47,056 nt of DNA from contig JAFTMF010000171.1 in NCBI GenBank assembly GCA_017452565.1, forward strand, positions 1 to 47,056. Direction: 5' to 3'. Under the pieces are notes generated by a model. The model had not been told where the DNA came from. It saw only the letters and a program-made list of their open reading frames with translations, and did no database searches. Of the stretch, positions 8,147-17,783 are shown piece by piece. The translations under genes and the position numbers were made by a program. How positions within the stretch are numbered: position 1 is the stretch's first letter; every line of letters begins with the position of its first letter. This DNA is from Clostridia bacterium (GTDB taxonomy: Bacteria > Bacillota > Clostridia > Oscillospirales > CAG-272).

Positions 8147-8233
8147 GAGATTCGCAGTATATACGTAGCGAAACCAACAAAGGATTTCTATGAATCTCTA
8201 TCCGTTATCCTGAATCTCCTCTGCGCTTTTCCC

Positions 8234-8268
8234 AAAACAAAATACCGTGTGCTTTCGCACACGGTATT
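8234..8268 (-). terminator. Rho-independent terminator after rplQ (end of the ribosomal cluster)
   Basis: The stem AATACCGTGTGC / GCACACGGTATT (8241-8268) has a TTTC loop. On the minus strand it is followed by UUUGUUUU. Confidence 0.75.
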
Positions 8269-8282
8269 TCTATGTCGCCCAA

Positions 8283-8699
8283 TTATTCAGCGTCGGAAGT
8301 TTCTTCCTTCTTAGCCTTCTTCTTGGACTTCTTATCCTCTACAGCGGGAGCAGCGAGGCCAATCAGGCGAATGATCGCCATTTCAGCGCCGTCACCACGA
8401 CGGGGACCCAGCTTGTAGATTGCGGTGTAACCACCGTTTTTGCCCTCGTACTGAGGAGCGATTTCGTTAAAGAGCTTCTTAACCACGTCTTCCTTGGTGA
8501 TGAATGCAAGTGCAGCACGACGGGAAGCAATGGTATTATTCTTTCCAAGTGTAATCATTTTCTCAGCGAGTGCACGCACTTCCTTAGCTCTGGTAACGGT
8601 AGTTTCGATCTGACCGTTCTCCAGCAGATAAGTTACCATGCCGCGAAGCATCAGGTTTCTGTGCGCAGTAGGTCTGCCGAGCTTTCTGGTTCCTGGCAT
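8283..8699 (-). CDS. rplQ: 50S ribosomal protein L17
   Basis: [34 protein letters not shown] is the canonical L17 N-terminus. The protein is 138 aa, with a Lys/Glu-rich C-terminal tail. Confidence 0.97.
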   Translation of the reverse strand: MPGTRKLGRPTAHRNLMLRGMVTYLLENGQIETTVTRAKEVRALAEKMITLGKNNTIASRRAALAFITKEDVVKKLFNEIAPQYEGKNGGYTAIYKLGPRRGDGAEMAIIRLIGLAAPAVEDKKSKKKAKKEETSDAE

Positions 8700-8738
8700 C
8701 TTGAGTTTCCTCCTATTACTTATTCATCGAAAGCCGAG

Positions 8739-9692
8739 TTACTCTTCCTCGCGCTTGAGGTCGAGGCCCAGCGAATGCAGTTTGGCAATCACTTCTTCAA
8801 GCGATTTCTTACCGAGGTTTCTGACCTTGATCATATCATCCTCGGTCTTGTTTGTCAGATCTTCTACGGTGTTGATACCCGCACGCTTCAAGCAGTTGAA
8901 GCTTCTGACAGACATGTCAAGTTCCTCAATGGTCATCTCAAGGATCTTTTCCTTGACGGTCTCTTCCCGTTCGACCATAATCTGCGTGCCTCTCGTCTCC
9001 TCAGAAAGGTTAGCGAAGAGGTTGAGATGCTCGTTGAGTATCTTGGCGCCCAGCGATACTGCCTCTTTTGCAGAAATGACTCCGTTGGTGGTTACTTCCA
9101 GCGTCAGCTTGTCGTAGTCGGTAATGTTGCCCACACGGGTGTTCTCGACCTTGTAGCTTACGTTGTATACCGGCGTATAGATGGAGTCGGTATAGATCAG
9201 TCCCACTACGGGAGAGTTGTTCTGCTTGTTCTTTTCCTGGGATACGTATCCTCTGCCGTGATCAAAGGTGAGCTCCATATAGAGTCTCGTATTGTCAGAC
9301 AGGGTTGCGATTACGGTATCGGGATTCAGAACTTCCAGATCTGCATCAGGCTTGATGTCTGCTGCAGTAACGGTGCAAGGACCGTTCATATCAATGATAA
9401 CAGTCTTTGCGTTCTCGGAATAGAGCTTCGCTACGATGTTCTTAACGTTGAGGATGATTTCGGGAATGTCCTCTTTTACGCCAGAGAGCGTAGAGATCTC
9501 GTACAGTACGCCGTCAATCTTGACACTGACTACTGCTACACCGGGCAGAGAGCTGAGCAGAACTCTGCGCAGCGAGTTGCCGAGAGTTGTACCGTAGCCA
9601 CGTTCGAGAGGTTCTACAATAAACTTGCCAACTTTGCCGTCTTCGCTGAGATACTCAGTGACAATGTTGGGCTTTTCAATCATCTCTATCAT
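8739..9692 (-). CDS. rpoA: DNA-directed RNA polymerase subunit alpha
   Basis: 317 aa. It contains [28 protein letters not shown], and the C-terminal domain contains [23 protein letters not shown]. Confidence 0.97.
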   Translation of the reverse strand: MIEMIEKPNIVTEYLSEDGKVGKFIVEPLERGYGTTLGNSLRRVLLSSLPGVAVVSVKIDGVLYEISTLSGVKEDIPEIILNVKNIVAKLYSENAKTVIIDMNGPCTVTAADIKPDADLEVLNPDTVIATLSDNTRLYMELTFDHGRGYVSQEKNKQNNSPVVGLIYTDSIYTPVYNVSYKVENTRVGNITDYDKLTLEVTTNGVISAKEAVSLGAKILNEHLNLFANLSEETRGTQIMVEREETVKEKILEMTIEELDMSVRSFNCLKRAGINTVEDLTNKTEDDMIKVRNLGKKSLEEVIAKLHSLGLDLKREEE

Positions 9693-9773
9693 AATTACCC
9701 TCCTATAGATATTTGGTTAGTGAACCGGGACGGGGCATCAATGCCCCATCCATGCATTGGAATGCTGAGAGAA

Positions 9774-10400
9774 TTACTTAGAGTAAAGCTCGACGATAAG
9801 CTGTTCCTCGAAGGGGAAGTCAATATCTTCGCGCTTGGGAAGAGCGATTACCTTAGCGGTTGCGTTCTCCTTGTCTACTTCCAGCCATGCGGGAGTAGTA
9901 GCGGACTGCATTGCTTCAATCAGTTCCTTCACTCTGCCGGTGGATTTGCTCTCTTCTCTTACGGAGAGAACGTCTCCTACCTTCAGGATCATGGAGGGGA
10001 TGTCAGCCTTCTTACCGTTCAGACGGATGTGTGCGTGGAGCACCAGCTGACGGGCTTCTGCGCGGCTGGAGGCCATACCCATTCTGTACACTACGTTGTC
10101 GAAACGACGCTCCAGAAGGCTCAGCAGGTTTTCACCGGTAACGCCTTCCATATTGTCGGCCATCTCGAAGTAGGTCTTGAACTGGTTCTCCAGAACGCCA
10201 TAGTATCTTCTTGCTTTCTGCTTCTCACGAAGCTGCATGCCGTATTCCTTCAGGTTCTTGCTGGAAGCGCCGTGCTGACCGGGAGCTACGGGTCTGCGGT
10301 TGAATGCGCACTTGTCGGAAGTGCAGCGATCGCCTTTCAGGAACAGCTTGGTGCCTTCTCTGCGGCACAGTTTGCACGAAGGGCCAGTATATCTTGCCAT
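9774..10400 (-). CDS. rpsD: 30S ribosomal protein S4
   Basis: [26 protein letters not shown]...; 208 aa; conserved position in the alpha operon. Confidence 0.97.
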   Translation of the reverse strand: MARYTGPSCKLCRREGTKLFLKGDRCTSDKCAFNRRPVAPGQHGASSKNLKEYGMQLREKQKARRYYGVLENQFKTYFEMADNMEGVTGENLLSLLERRFDNVVYRMGMASSRAEARQLVLHAHIRLNGKKADIPSMILKVGDVLSVREESKSTGRVKELIEAMQSATTPAWLEVDKENATAKVIALPKREDIDFPFEEQLIVELYSK

Positions 10401-10429
10401 ATCTTACAAATCCTCCTGTGATAGTATCC

Positions 10430-10828
10430 TCAAACGCGACGGCGCTTGGGGGGACGGCAGCCATTGTGAGGTACGGGAGTTACGTCCTTGATCATGGTAA
10501 CTTCCAGACCGGTTGCCTGCAGGGCACGGATAGCGGACTCACGTCCTGCGCCGGGACCCTTAACGTAAACCTCAACGGTCTTCATGCCGTGCTCAACTGC
10601 AATCTTAGCTGCAGTTTCAGCTGCGGACTGTGCTGCGAAGGGAGTAGACTTTCTGGAGCCACGGAAGCCCAGCTCGCCTGCGGATGCCCAAGATACAGCA
10701 TTGCCGTTCAGATCGGTAATGGTAACAATGGTATTGTTATAGGTCGCGCGAATGTGAGCAGCACCCTTTTCGATGTTCTTACGCTCCTTGCGCTTTCTGA
10801 TGACCTTCTTTGCGGTAGCTTTTGCCAT
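10430..10828 (-). CDS. rpsK: 30S ribosomal protein S11
   Basis: [30 protein letters not shown]; 132 aa. Confidence 0.97.
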   Translation of the reverse strand: MAKATAKKVIRKRKERKNIEKGAAHIRATYNNTIVTITDLNGNAVSWASAGELGFRGSRKSTPFAAQSAAETAAKIAVEHGMKTVEVYVKGPGAGRESAIRALQATGLEVTMIKDVTPVPHNGCRPPKRRRV

Positions 10829-10844
10829 CTCCTGTTCTCACTCC

Positions 10845-11213
10845 TTACTTCTTCTTGTTTGCGATGGTCTTCTTAGGACCCTTTCTGGTTCTCGCGTTGG
10901 TTCTGGTTCTCTGACCTCTTACGGGCAGACCCTTTCTGTGACGGATGCCACGGTAGCAGTTGATCTCAACCATTCTCTTGATGTCGAGTGCAACGTCACG
11001 GCGGAGGTCACCCTCTACCTTGTAGTTGTTTTCGATCTCATCACGGAGCTTCGCTACGTCAGCTTCAGTCAGATCCTTCGCACGAGTATCGGGATCGATA
11101 CCGGTGGCTGCGAGAATATCGTTTGCACTCTTTCTGCCGATACCATAGATATAGGTAAGAGCAATCTCAACGCGCTTGTTATTCGGAATATCAACGCCTG
11201 CAATACGTGCCAT
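10845..11213 (-). CDS. rpsM: 30S ribosomal protein S13
   Basis: [26 protein letters not shown]; 122 aa. Confidence 0.97.
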   Translation of the reverse strand: MARIAGVDIPNNKRVEIALTYIYGIGRKSANDILAATGIDPDTRAKDLTEADVAKLRDEIENNYKVEGDLRRDVALDIKRMVEINCYRGIRHRKGLPVRGQRTRTNARTRKGPKKTIANKKK

Positions 11214-11236
11214 ATTCTATTCTACCTTTCTTATAA

Positions 11237-11350
11237 TTAGCCCTGCTTCTGCTTGTGCTTGGGATTCTCGCAAATAACCATTACGATACCCTTTCTCTTG
11301 ATGATCTTGCACTTGTCGCAGATCTTCTTAACGGACGGTTTAACCTTCAT
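11237..11350 (-). CDS. rpmJ: 50S ribosomal protein L36 (Cys-containing form)
   Basis: My translation is [37 protein letters not shown] (37 aa). It is too short for the ORF track. Confidence 0.95.
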   Translation of the reverse strand: MKVKPSVKKICDKCKIIKRKGIVMVICENPKHKQKQG

Positions 11351-11369
11351 GTTATTCACCATTCCTTTC

Positions 11370-11588
11370 TTATTTTGAACGCCATGTGATACGACCCTTA
11401 GTGGGATCGTAGATGGATACTTCCACTTTTACGCTGTCGCCGGGAAGAATCCAGATATAGTTCATACGAAGCTTACCGGACAGATGGGCGGTAATGATGT
11501 GCCCATTGGGAAGCTTCACCTTGAAGTTCGCGTTGGGCATTGCTTCCACAACGGTTCCTTCGAATTCGATTACATCATCTTTAGCCAG
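11370..11588 (-). CDS. infA: Translation initiation factor IF-1 (apparent non-ATG/GTG/TTG start)
   Basis: My translation is (L/M)[71 protein letters not shown]. The codon before AKDD is CTG (11586-11588), 6 nt after the GGAGGG SD, and an in-frame TAG lies just upstream. No ATG, GTG or TTG gives a full-length protein. Confidence 0.85.
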   Translation of the reverse strand: MAKDDVIEFEGTVVEAMPNANFKVKLPNGHIITAHLSGKLRMNYIWILPGDSVKVEVSIYDPTKGRITWRSK

Positions 11589-11620
11589 AAGAATCCCTCC
11601 ATTCTATTCACTATACATGA

Positions 11621-12370
11621 TCAGACTTTAGTCAGTACAATAATACCGTTTTCAGTGAGAGCGATCGTATTCTCGTAGTGTGCCGACAGACCGCCGTCAT
11701 TGGTAACCACCGTCCAACCGTCGGACAGCTCCCGTACCTCACCGGTACCGGTGCAGACCATCGGTTCGATGGCAAGAGTCATACCGGACGCAAGCCGGAG
11801 ACCCCGTCCCGGCGTTCCATAGTTAGGAACATCGGGGGACTCGTGGAGATTTCTGCCGATGCCGTGACCCACATACTTGCGGACGACAGCGTAGCCGTTC
11901 TCTTTTACGTGTCCTTCAATGGCGGCACCAACGTCTCCCAGACGGGCACCGATTTCGATCTTTTGAAGTCCTTGCCAGAAGCTCTCTTCAGTTACCTGAA
12001 TCAGCCGCTTGGCTTCTGCGCTGATATTGCCCACTGCGAAAGTGCGGGCGCTGTCACCGTGGTATCCGCCGATAAAGGCTCCCGTATCCACTTTGACAAT
12101 GTCGCCTTCCTGCAGTACAACGTTCTTGGAGGGGATCCCGTGGATCACCTGATCATTCACGCTGATACAGGCGCTGCCGGGGAATCCGCCGTACCCCAGG
12201 AAGGACGGCCTTGCACCCGATTTCTCGATATGGTGACAGATAATGTCATCCAGATGCTTGGTCGTGATTCCCGGTTTAACGGCTTCACCCGCCAGCACGA
12301 GGGCTTCAGCAGTAATTCTGCCTGCTCTCTTCATTGCGGAGATCTGCTCCGCATTCTTCAGCTGGATCAT
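11621..12370 (-). CDS. map: Type I methionine aminopeptidase
   Basis: 249 aa. The metal-ligand blocks are VKVDTGAFIGGYHGDSARTF, GHGIGRNLHE and AIEPM. Confidence 0.95.
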   Translation of the reverse strand: MIQLKNAEQISAMKRAGRITAEALVLAGEAVKPGITTKHLDDIICHHIEKSGARPSFLGYGGFPGSACISVNDQVIHGIPSKNVVLQEGDIVKVDTGAFIGGYHGDSARTFAVGNISAEAKRLIQVTEESFWQGLQKIEIGARLGDVGAAIEGHVKENGYAVVRKYVGHGIGRNLHESPDVPNYGTPGRGLRLASGMTLAIEPMVCTGTGEVRELSDGWTVVTNDGGLSAHYENTIALTENGIIVLTKV

Positions 12371-12372
12371 GC

Positions 12373-13011
12373 TTAGTTCGTACCTTTGATTGCCTCAAGG
12401 GTCAAACGGGTGGTATCTTCTACCTTTTCCTGACCGTAAACAAGCTTCAGCTTGCCCTTTGCCTGATAGTAATCCTTCAGGGGCTCGGTCAGTTCGTGGT
12501 AAACCTTCAGTCGGCTGAGCACTACGTCGGGAGCGTCATCCTTACGCATGGTCAGTTCGGCGCCACACTTGTCGCAGTGTACTCCGTCGGCTGTAGGAAT
12601 GAACTTAGTGTGATAACTTGCACCGCAAGCGGGGCAGACGCGACGTCCGCTCATACGCTCTACGATGTCGTCATCCGAAACCTCGATGCTGACAACGATG
12701 TCCATTTCGATGCCCATCTGGTCCAGTGCTTCAGCCTGCACAACGGTGCGGGGGAAGCCGTCCAGAATGTAGCCGTTCCGGCAATCGTCCTCTGCGAGGC
12801 GTTCCTTGATGATGCCGATGACGACTTCATCGGGAACCAGTGCACCGGTCTCGGTGTAAGCCTTAGCGGCCTTGCCCATTTCGGTGCCGTTTTTGATAGC
12901 TGCTCTGATGATAGCGCCGGTGGAGATGGCAGGAATGTTGAAGCTTGCGCTTACGTTCTCAGCCTGAGTACCCTTACCTGCGCCGGGAGCGCCTAAAAAC
13001 ATAATTTTCAT
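12373..13011 (-). CDS. adk: Adenylate kinase (zinc-lid form)
   Basis: MKIMFLGAPGAGKGTQ is the P-loop, and the lid is CPACGASYH...CDKCG. The start was chosen at the ATG at 13011, preceded by the GAAAGAGG SD. The longer ORF (13035, TAATG overlap with the secY stop) would add 8 atypical residues. Confidence 0.93.
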   Translation of the reverse strand: MKIMFLGAPGAGKGTQAENVSASFNIPAISTGAIIRAAIKNGTEMGKAAKAYTETGALVPDEVVIGIIKERLAEDDCRNGYILDGFPRTVVQAEALDQMGIEMDIVVSIEVSDDDIVERMSGRRVCPACGASYHTKFIPTADGVHCDKCGAELTMRKDDAPDVVLSRLKVYHELTEPLKDYYQAKGKLKLVYGQEKVEDTTRLTLEAIKGTN

Positions 13012-13034
13012 CGATTTACCTCTTTCAAGTAGCA

Positions 13035-14372
13035 TTACTGCAAGAAGCCCTTGTAGTGACGCATAGACATCTGAGCTTCGATATCACGGTAGGTTTCCAG
13101 AGCTACACCGACAACGATGAGCAGAGAGGAGCCGCCGAATGCCAGACCGCCGAGAGTATTGACCTCGAATGCAGCAGCAACTGCGTTCAGGATCAGAGGC
13201 ATACCTGCGATTACGATCAGGAAGAGTGCGCCGATCAGAGTAACTCTGTTCAGGATCTTCTTGATGTAGTCAGCGGTAGGAGCACCGGGACGAATGCCCT
13301 GTACGGTGCCGCCGTTGCGCTTCAGGTTGTTAGATACCTCAACGGGGTCGAAGGAGATGAGAATATAGAAGTAAGCGAATGCAATGATAAGAACGAGATA
13401 TGCGATAATATAAACGGGGGAAGTTGCGTCGAGAATGCCCAGAAGGGTGCCCCAGAAGGTCTTATCGGTATTCTTAACGCCACACAGAGTCATAATGGTA
13501 GCGGGCAGAGATACGATAGAGGAAGCGAAGATGATAGGCATAACGCCGGTCATATTCAGCTTGATGGGCAGGCTGGTGTTCTGACCGCCATACATCTTTC
13601 TGCCGACAACACGCTTAGCGTACTGTACGGGGATTCTACGCTCACTGTTGGTAACGAATACCACGAAGAAGATCATTACGATCAGCACGATAGGAGCGAG
13701 AATGGAGCATACCAGAGTGAGAACCTTCGCAAAGTTCACGTCGGTCCAGTTGGACTTTTCGAATACGTTGCGAACGATGGTTGCCAGAGTACCGGGCAGG
13801 CTGGAGATGATATTTGCGAACAGGATCATAGAGATACCGTTGCCGATACCGCTCTCGTTGATCTTCTCGCCCATCCACATGATAATCGAAGAACCTGCAG
13901 TGAAACAAGTAACGATTACAAGGCCTGCGAAGAAGTCATCACGAGTCAGCCAGTGGTTGGTCTTCAGGATCTGGAAGTATGCATAGGAAGTGATGAGCGC
14001 CAGAGCGATTGTAAGGATTCTGGTGTACTGCGCAATCTTCTTTTTGCCGTCTTCTTCCTTGGACATACGCTGCAGCTTATCGATCGCTACAGTCAGAAGC
14101 TGCAGAACGATCTGTGCAGTGATGTAAGGAGAGATAGAAAGTGCGAACAGGGTAGCCTGGGAAAGTGCCGAACCGGAGAGAACATTCAAGTATTCCAGTA
14201 CGGTGCCGCCATACATCTGCTGGAAGCCTACCATCAGAGAGTCGTTGACGTAAGGTACGGGAATCGCGGAACCGAGTCTGTACAGCAGGAGGATGAACGC
14301 AGTAAACAGAAGTTTGCTGCGAATATCACGAGCTGCCCAGATGTCTCTGATTTTGCTGAACACCTTTTTCAT
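13035..14372 (-). CDS. secY: Preprotein translocase subunit SecY
   Basis: 445 aa and multi-TM, with GSAIPVP, ALSISPYITAQIVLQLL and GIGNGISMILFANI. Confidence 0.97.
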   Translation of the reverse strand: MKKVFSKIRDIWAARDIRSKLLFTAFILLLYRLGSAIPVPYVNDSLMVGFQQMYGGTVLEYLNVLSGSALSQATLFALSISPYITAQIVLQLLTVAIDKLQRMSKEEDGKKKIAQYTRILTIALALITSYAYFQILKTNHWLTRDDFFAGLVIVTCFTAGSSIIMWMGEKINESGIGNGISMILFANIISSLPGTLATIVRNVFEKSNWTDVNFAKVLTLVCSILAPIVLIVMIFFVVFVTNSERRIPVQYAKRVVGRKMYGGQNTSLPIKLNMTGVMPIIFASSIVSLPATIMTLCGVKNTDKTFWGTLLGILDATSPVYIIAYLVLIIAFAYFYILISFDPVEVSNNLKRNGGTVQGIRPGAPTADYIKKILNRVTLIGALFLIVIAGMPLILNAVAAAFEVNTLGGLAFGGSSLLIVVGVALETYRDIEAQMSMRHYKGFLQ

Positions 14373-14813
14373 TTATACCTCCTCGGCCGTGCCGCCTACT
14401 GCCTCGATCTTCTCTTTTGCAGAGGCAGAAAAGACGTTGGCACGAACGGTGAGCTTCTTGGTGATCTCACCGCGACCGAGAATCTTGAGACCATCATTCG
14501 CCTTGCGAACGATGCCGGCAGCCATCAGAGCTGCCATATCTACTACTGCACCATCTTCGAAGCAGTTGAGAGTCTCAACGTTCACAACAGTGTAAACAGT
14601 AGCGAAGTGATTGGTGAAGCCTCTCTTGGGGAGTCTTCTGTACAGGGGAAGCTGACCGCCCTCGAATCCGGGCTTTACGCCGCCGCCGGAGCGAGCATTC
14701 TGACCCTTGTGGCCCTTACCGGCAGTTTTGCCGTTACCGGAACCGGCGCCTCTGCCCTTACGGAAGGGCTTTACAGCAGAACCGGCTGCCGGGGAAAGTT
14801 CATGAAGTTTCAT
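14373..14813 (-). CDS. rplO: 50S ribosomal protein L15
   Basis: [38 protein letters not shown]; 146 aa. Confidence 0.97.
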   Translation of the reverse strand: MKLHELSPAAGSAVKPFRKGRGAGSGNGKTAGKGHKGQNARSGGGVKPGFEGGQLPLYRRLPKRGFTNHFATVYTVVNVETLNCFEDGAVVDMAALMAAGIVRKANDGLKILGRGEITKKLTVRANVFSASAKEKIEAVGGTAEEV

Positions 14814-14827
14814 GTGATTTCTCCTCC

Positions 14828-15007
14828 TTAGACGGTTTCAACTTTCACGAGATGTGAAATAACCTTGATTTTGCCCTTGAGTGCATCAGTGTTCGGCAGA
14901 GTCTTGCTGTTGCCGATCTTCTTCAGACCCAGGGAAGCAGCGGTAGCCTTCTGATTGGGAAGTGCTGCGATCAGGCTCTTTACGAGCGTAACTTTAACCA
15001 TTTCCAT
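14828..15007 (-). CDS. rpmD: 50S ribosomal protein L30
   Basis: My translation is [59 protein letters not shown] (59 aa, below the ORF-track cutoff). Confidence 0.93.
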   Translation of the reverse strand: MEMVKVTLVKSLIAALPNQKATAASLGLKKIGNSKTLPNTDALKGKIKVISHLVKVETV

Positions 15008-15019
15008 CGTCAGGCCTCC

Positions 15020-15538
15020 TTATTCTGCATCGGATACGCCGGTGATTTCAGCAACAGTCTTGCCACGCATAGCAGCTACCTGCTCAGCGGTGCGCAGAGA
15101 CTCCAGAGCTGCAAAGGTTGCCTTTACAACGTTGGTGGGGTTGCTGGAACGCAGGCACTTTGCACGGATGTTCTTGATGCCTGCCATCTCCAGTACAGCA
15201 CGCATAGTGCCGCCTGCGATGATACCGGTACCTTCGGGAGCGGGCTTCAGGAGAACCTTGCCTGCACCGTACTCGCCGATGACTTCGTGGGGGATAGTGT
15301 CGCCCTTCAGAGCAACAGTGATCATATTCTTCTTAGCGTCTTCCAGAGCCTTGCGCATTGCCTCGGGAATCTCGGCTGCCTTGCCCAGGCCATAACCTAC
15401 GTGACCGTTCTCGTCGCCTACTACCATAATGGAAGCGAAGCTTGCGATACGACCACCCTTAACGGTCTTGGATACACGCTTTGTGGAAACGCGCTTTTCC
15501 TTCAGGTCCAGCGCTGCTGCGTCAATATTCTTAGCCAT
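15020..15538 (-). CDS. rpsE: 30S ribosomal protein S5
   Basis: [33 protein letters not shown]; 172 aa. Confidence 0.97.
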   Translation of the reverse strand: MAKNIDAAALDLKEKRVSTKRVSKTVKGGRIASFASIMVVGDENGHVGYGLGKAAEIPEAMRKALEDAKKNMITVALKGDTIPHEVIGEYGAGKVLLKPAPEGTGIIAGGTMRAVLEMAGIKNIRAKCLRSSNPTNVVKATFAALESLRTAEQVAAMRGKTVAEITGVSDAE

Positions 15539-15561
15539 GTTTGTATCCTCCTTTTACTTTC

Positions 15562-15921
15562 TCAGAACTGAAGTCCTGCTTCACGAGCACCTGCTGCGAG
15601 TTCCAGCACGCGGCCGTGATAGAGGTAACCGCCACGGTCGAATACGACCTCAGTAATTCCCTTTGCGATTGCACGCTCTGCAATCAGTTTGCCGACAACC
15701 TTCGCTGCCTCCTTGTTGGATCCGTTCATGCCGAAGTCCTTCTCATAAGAGGAAGCGGAAACCAGAGTAGTGCCGGTAACGTCGTCGATGATCTGTGCCT
15801 GAATGTTAGCGTTGGAACGGTAAACACACAGACGGGGGCATTCTGCAGTGCCGGAGATCTTAGCTCTAACGCGAGTGTGTCTCTTCTTACGCTGAATGTT
15901 GGAGTCTTTTCTTGATACCAT
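15562..15921 (-). CDS. rplR: 50S ribosomal protein L18
   Basis: [36 protein letters not shown]; 119 aa. Confidence 0.97.
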   Translation of the reverse strand: MVSRKDSNIQRKKRHTRVRAKISGTAECPRLCVYRSNANIQAQIIDDVTGTTLVSASSYEKDFGMNGSNKEAAKVVGKLIAERAIAKGITEVVFDRGGYLYHGRVLELAAGAREAGLQF

Positions 15922-15939
15922 CTTCTTCTACTCCTTTCA

Positions 15940-16479
15940 TTACTTACCGGTTTTGCCGGCTTTGCGACGGATGCGCTCGCCCTCATAGGCAATACCCTTG
16001 CCCTTGTAGGGTTCGGGAGGTCTCTTGCCTCTGACAACTGCTGCTACCTGACCAACCTTCTGCTTATCAATGCCGGACACGATGATGGTATTTGCATCGG
16101 GGCACGCGAAGGTGATACCGTCTTCAGGTTCCATAACAACCAGGTGGGAATAACCCAGGGTCATCTGGAGGTTCTTACCGGCCATTGCTACTCTGTAGCC
16201 TACACCGGTAACGATGAGCTTCTTGGAATAACCGTTCGCTACGCCAACAACCATGTTGTTCACGAGAGTTCTGGTCAGACCGTGAAGAGCTCTGTTCATC
16301 TTTTCGTCATCGGGACGGGAGACAACGATCTCGCTGCCTTCCTTTGCGATGGTCATGTTGGGGTGGAACTTCTCAGTCAGAGTTCCCTTAGGTCCCTTAA
16401 CGGTGACCACATTGTTTTCACCGATGGTGACTTCTACACCAGCGGGAACAGGAATCGCTTTTCTACCAATTCTAGACAT
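15940..16479 (-). CDS. rplF: 50S ribosomal protein L6
   Basis: [34 protein letters not shown]; 179 aa. Confidence 0.97.
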   Translation of the reverse strand: MSRIGRKAIPVPAGVEVTIGENNVVTVKGPKGTLTEKFHPNMTIAKEGSEIVVSRPDDEKMNRALHGLTRTLVNNMVVGVANGYSKKLIVTGVGYRVAMAGKNLQMTLGYSHLVVMEPEDGITFACPDANTIIVSGIDKQKVGQVAAVVRGKRPPEPYKGKGIAYEGERIRRKAGKTGK

Positions 16480-16497
16480 CTTCTCTGCCCTCCCCGA

Positions 16498-16893
16498 TTA
16501 CCAAACGAATGCCAGGACTTCGCCGCCAACGTTCAGGCTACGAGCCTTCTTGTCGGTCATGATGCCCTTGGAAGTGGAAACGATGGCAACACCCAGGCCG
16601 TTCATAACCTTGGGCATATCTTCGCAGCTAGCGTAGATACGCAGGCCGGGCTTGGATACACGGCGAAGACCCTGGATAACCTTCTGCTTGCCGATGTACT
16701 TCAGGGTGATTCTGATTACGCCCTGCTTGCCGTCTTCGATTACCTGATAGCCCTTGATGTAGCCCTCTTCAACCAGGATGTCTGCGATGGACTTCTTCAG
16801 GTTGGAAGCGGGAACGTCAACGCTCTCATGCTTGGCATTGTTTGCATTGCGGATTCTGGTAAGCATATCCGCGATTACGTCTGAAATCTGCAT
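16498..16893 (-). CDS. rpsH: 30S ribosomal protein S8
   Basis: [36 protein letters not shown]; 131 aa. Confidence 0.97.
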   Translation of the reverse strand: MQISDVIADMLTRIRNANNAKHESVDVPASNLKKSIADILVEEGYIKGYQVIEDGKQGVIRITLKYIGKQKVIQGLRRVSKPGLRIYASCEDMPKVMNGLGVAIVSTSKGIMTDKKARSLNVGGEVLAFVW

Positions 16894-17029
16894 AGTATTT
16901 TTCCTCCTAATTTATGCAAGTTCAATCTCTTGCTGCCCCCAGCCTTGTGGGGGCTGCATTCCGACGGTTAAAACCGGACTCGGTTTTCCTTCCGGAAGGA
17001 TTGGAGCTGTTAATATTTGTCTTGGTGAA
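16894..17029 (-). other. Unusually long, hairpin-rich rpsN-rpsH intercistronic spacer (136 nt)
   Basis: The minus-strand RNA contains four elements. (1) UCUUGGU-AAUUC-ACCAAGA, spanning the rpsN stop. (2) The palindrome UCCUUCCGGAAGGA. (3) AAAACCG-AGUC-CGGUUUU. (4) GC-a-GCCCCCA-CAAGGC-UGGGGGC-a-GC. These are followed by the rpsH SD (AGGAGG). Confidence 0.6.
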
Positions 17030-17215
17030 TTACCAAGAAGCCTTTCTTACGCCGGGAATCTCGCCCTTGTAGGCCAGTTCACGGAATCAGATACGGCAGA
17101 TACCATACTTACGCATATAAGCATGGGGACGGCCGCAGATCTTGCATCTGTTGTATTCACGGGTAGAGAACTTCTGGGGTCTCTGCTGTTTTGCAATCAT
17201 CGACTTCTTTGCCAT
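17030..17215 (-). CDS. rpsN: 30S ribosomal protein S14 type Z, interrupted by an in-frame TGA at codon 43 (a Cys position)
   Basis: My translation is [60 protein letters not shown]. It is collinear with the 61-aa zinc-ribbon S14, whose fourth ligand Cys43 aligns with the TGA at 17087-17089. It is absent from the ORF track because of the internal stop. Confidence 0.85.
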
Positions 17216-17229
17216 GTCAATTCTCCTCC

Positions 17230-17769
17230 TTATTTCGCGAACGGTGCGCCCAGCAGAGTCAGAAGCTCACGAGCCTCTTCGTCGGTCTGTGCGGTAGTTA
17301 CAAATGCAATGTCCATACCACGGATCTTGTCGATCTTATCGTACTCGATTTCGGGGAAGATCAGCTGCTCCTTCAGGCCGAGAGCGTAGTTGCCTCTGCC
17401 GTCGAAGCCGTTAGCGTTGATACCCTTAAAGTCACGTACGCGGGGCAGTGCCAGGTTGAACAGCTTATCAACGAACTCGTACATCATCTCGCCACGCAGG
17501 GTAACCTTTGCGCCGATCTTCATGCCCTCACGAAGCTTGAAGTTAGCAACGGACTTGCGTGCGAAGGTGGGAACTGCCTTCTGACCGGTGATCAGGGTCA
17601 GCTCGCTGATGATGGTGTCGATAACCTTAGCGTTTTCCTTTGCGTCACCGGCGCCAACGTTGATAACAACCTTGTTCAGCTTGGGGATCTGCATAACGCT
17701 CTTGTACTGGAACTTCTTCATGAGTGCAGGAGCAACTTCGGAAGTATAAAGTTCTTTCATTCTTGCCAT
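17230..17769 (-). CDS. rplE: 50S ribosomal protein L5
   Basis: [39 protein letters not shown]; 179 aa. Confidence 0.97.
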   Translation of the reverse strand: MARMKELYTSEVAPALMKKFQYKSVMQIPKLNKVVINVGAGDAKENAKVIDTIISELTLITGQKAVPTFARKSVANFKLREGMKIGAKVTLRGEMMYEFVDKLFNLALPRVRDFKGINANGFDGRGNYALGLKEQLIFPEIEYDKIDKIRGMDIAFVTTAQTDEEARELLTLLGAPFAK

Positions 17770-17783
17770 TTCCGTGTTCCTCC

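Noticed and set aside
8247-10421. There are very long plus-strand ORFs antisense to real genes: 724 aa here, and also 13056-14831 (591 aa), 42445-44718 (757 aa), 32221-34053 (610 aa), 36079-37734 (551 aa), 2140-3504 (454 aa) and 20993-21916.
   Set aside because: They span several unrelated minus-strand genes and intergenic gaps, have low-complexity composition with no recognisable motifs, and have no SD sequences. They arise because the highly expressed minus-strand genes avoid TTA, CTA and TCA codons, which leaves the codon-aligned antisense frame free of stops.
17030-17086. A SECIS-like element downstream of the S14 in-frame TGA.
   Set aside because: Only a weak bipartite structure is visible (GCC/GGC plus GGG/CCC with a 7-nt loop). 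The stronger hairpin lies more than 50 nt downstream, across the stop codon, which is the wrong position for a bacterial SECIS. I therefore cannot claim selenocysteine from the sequence alone.
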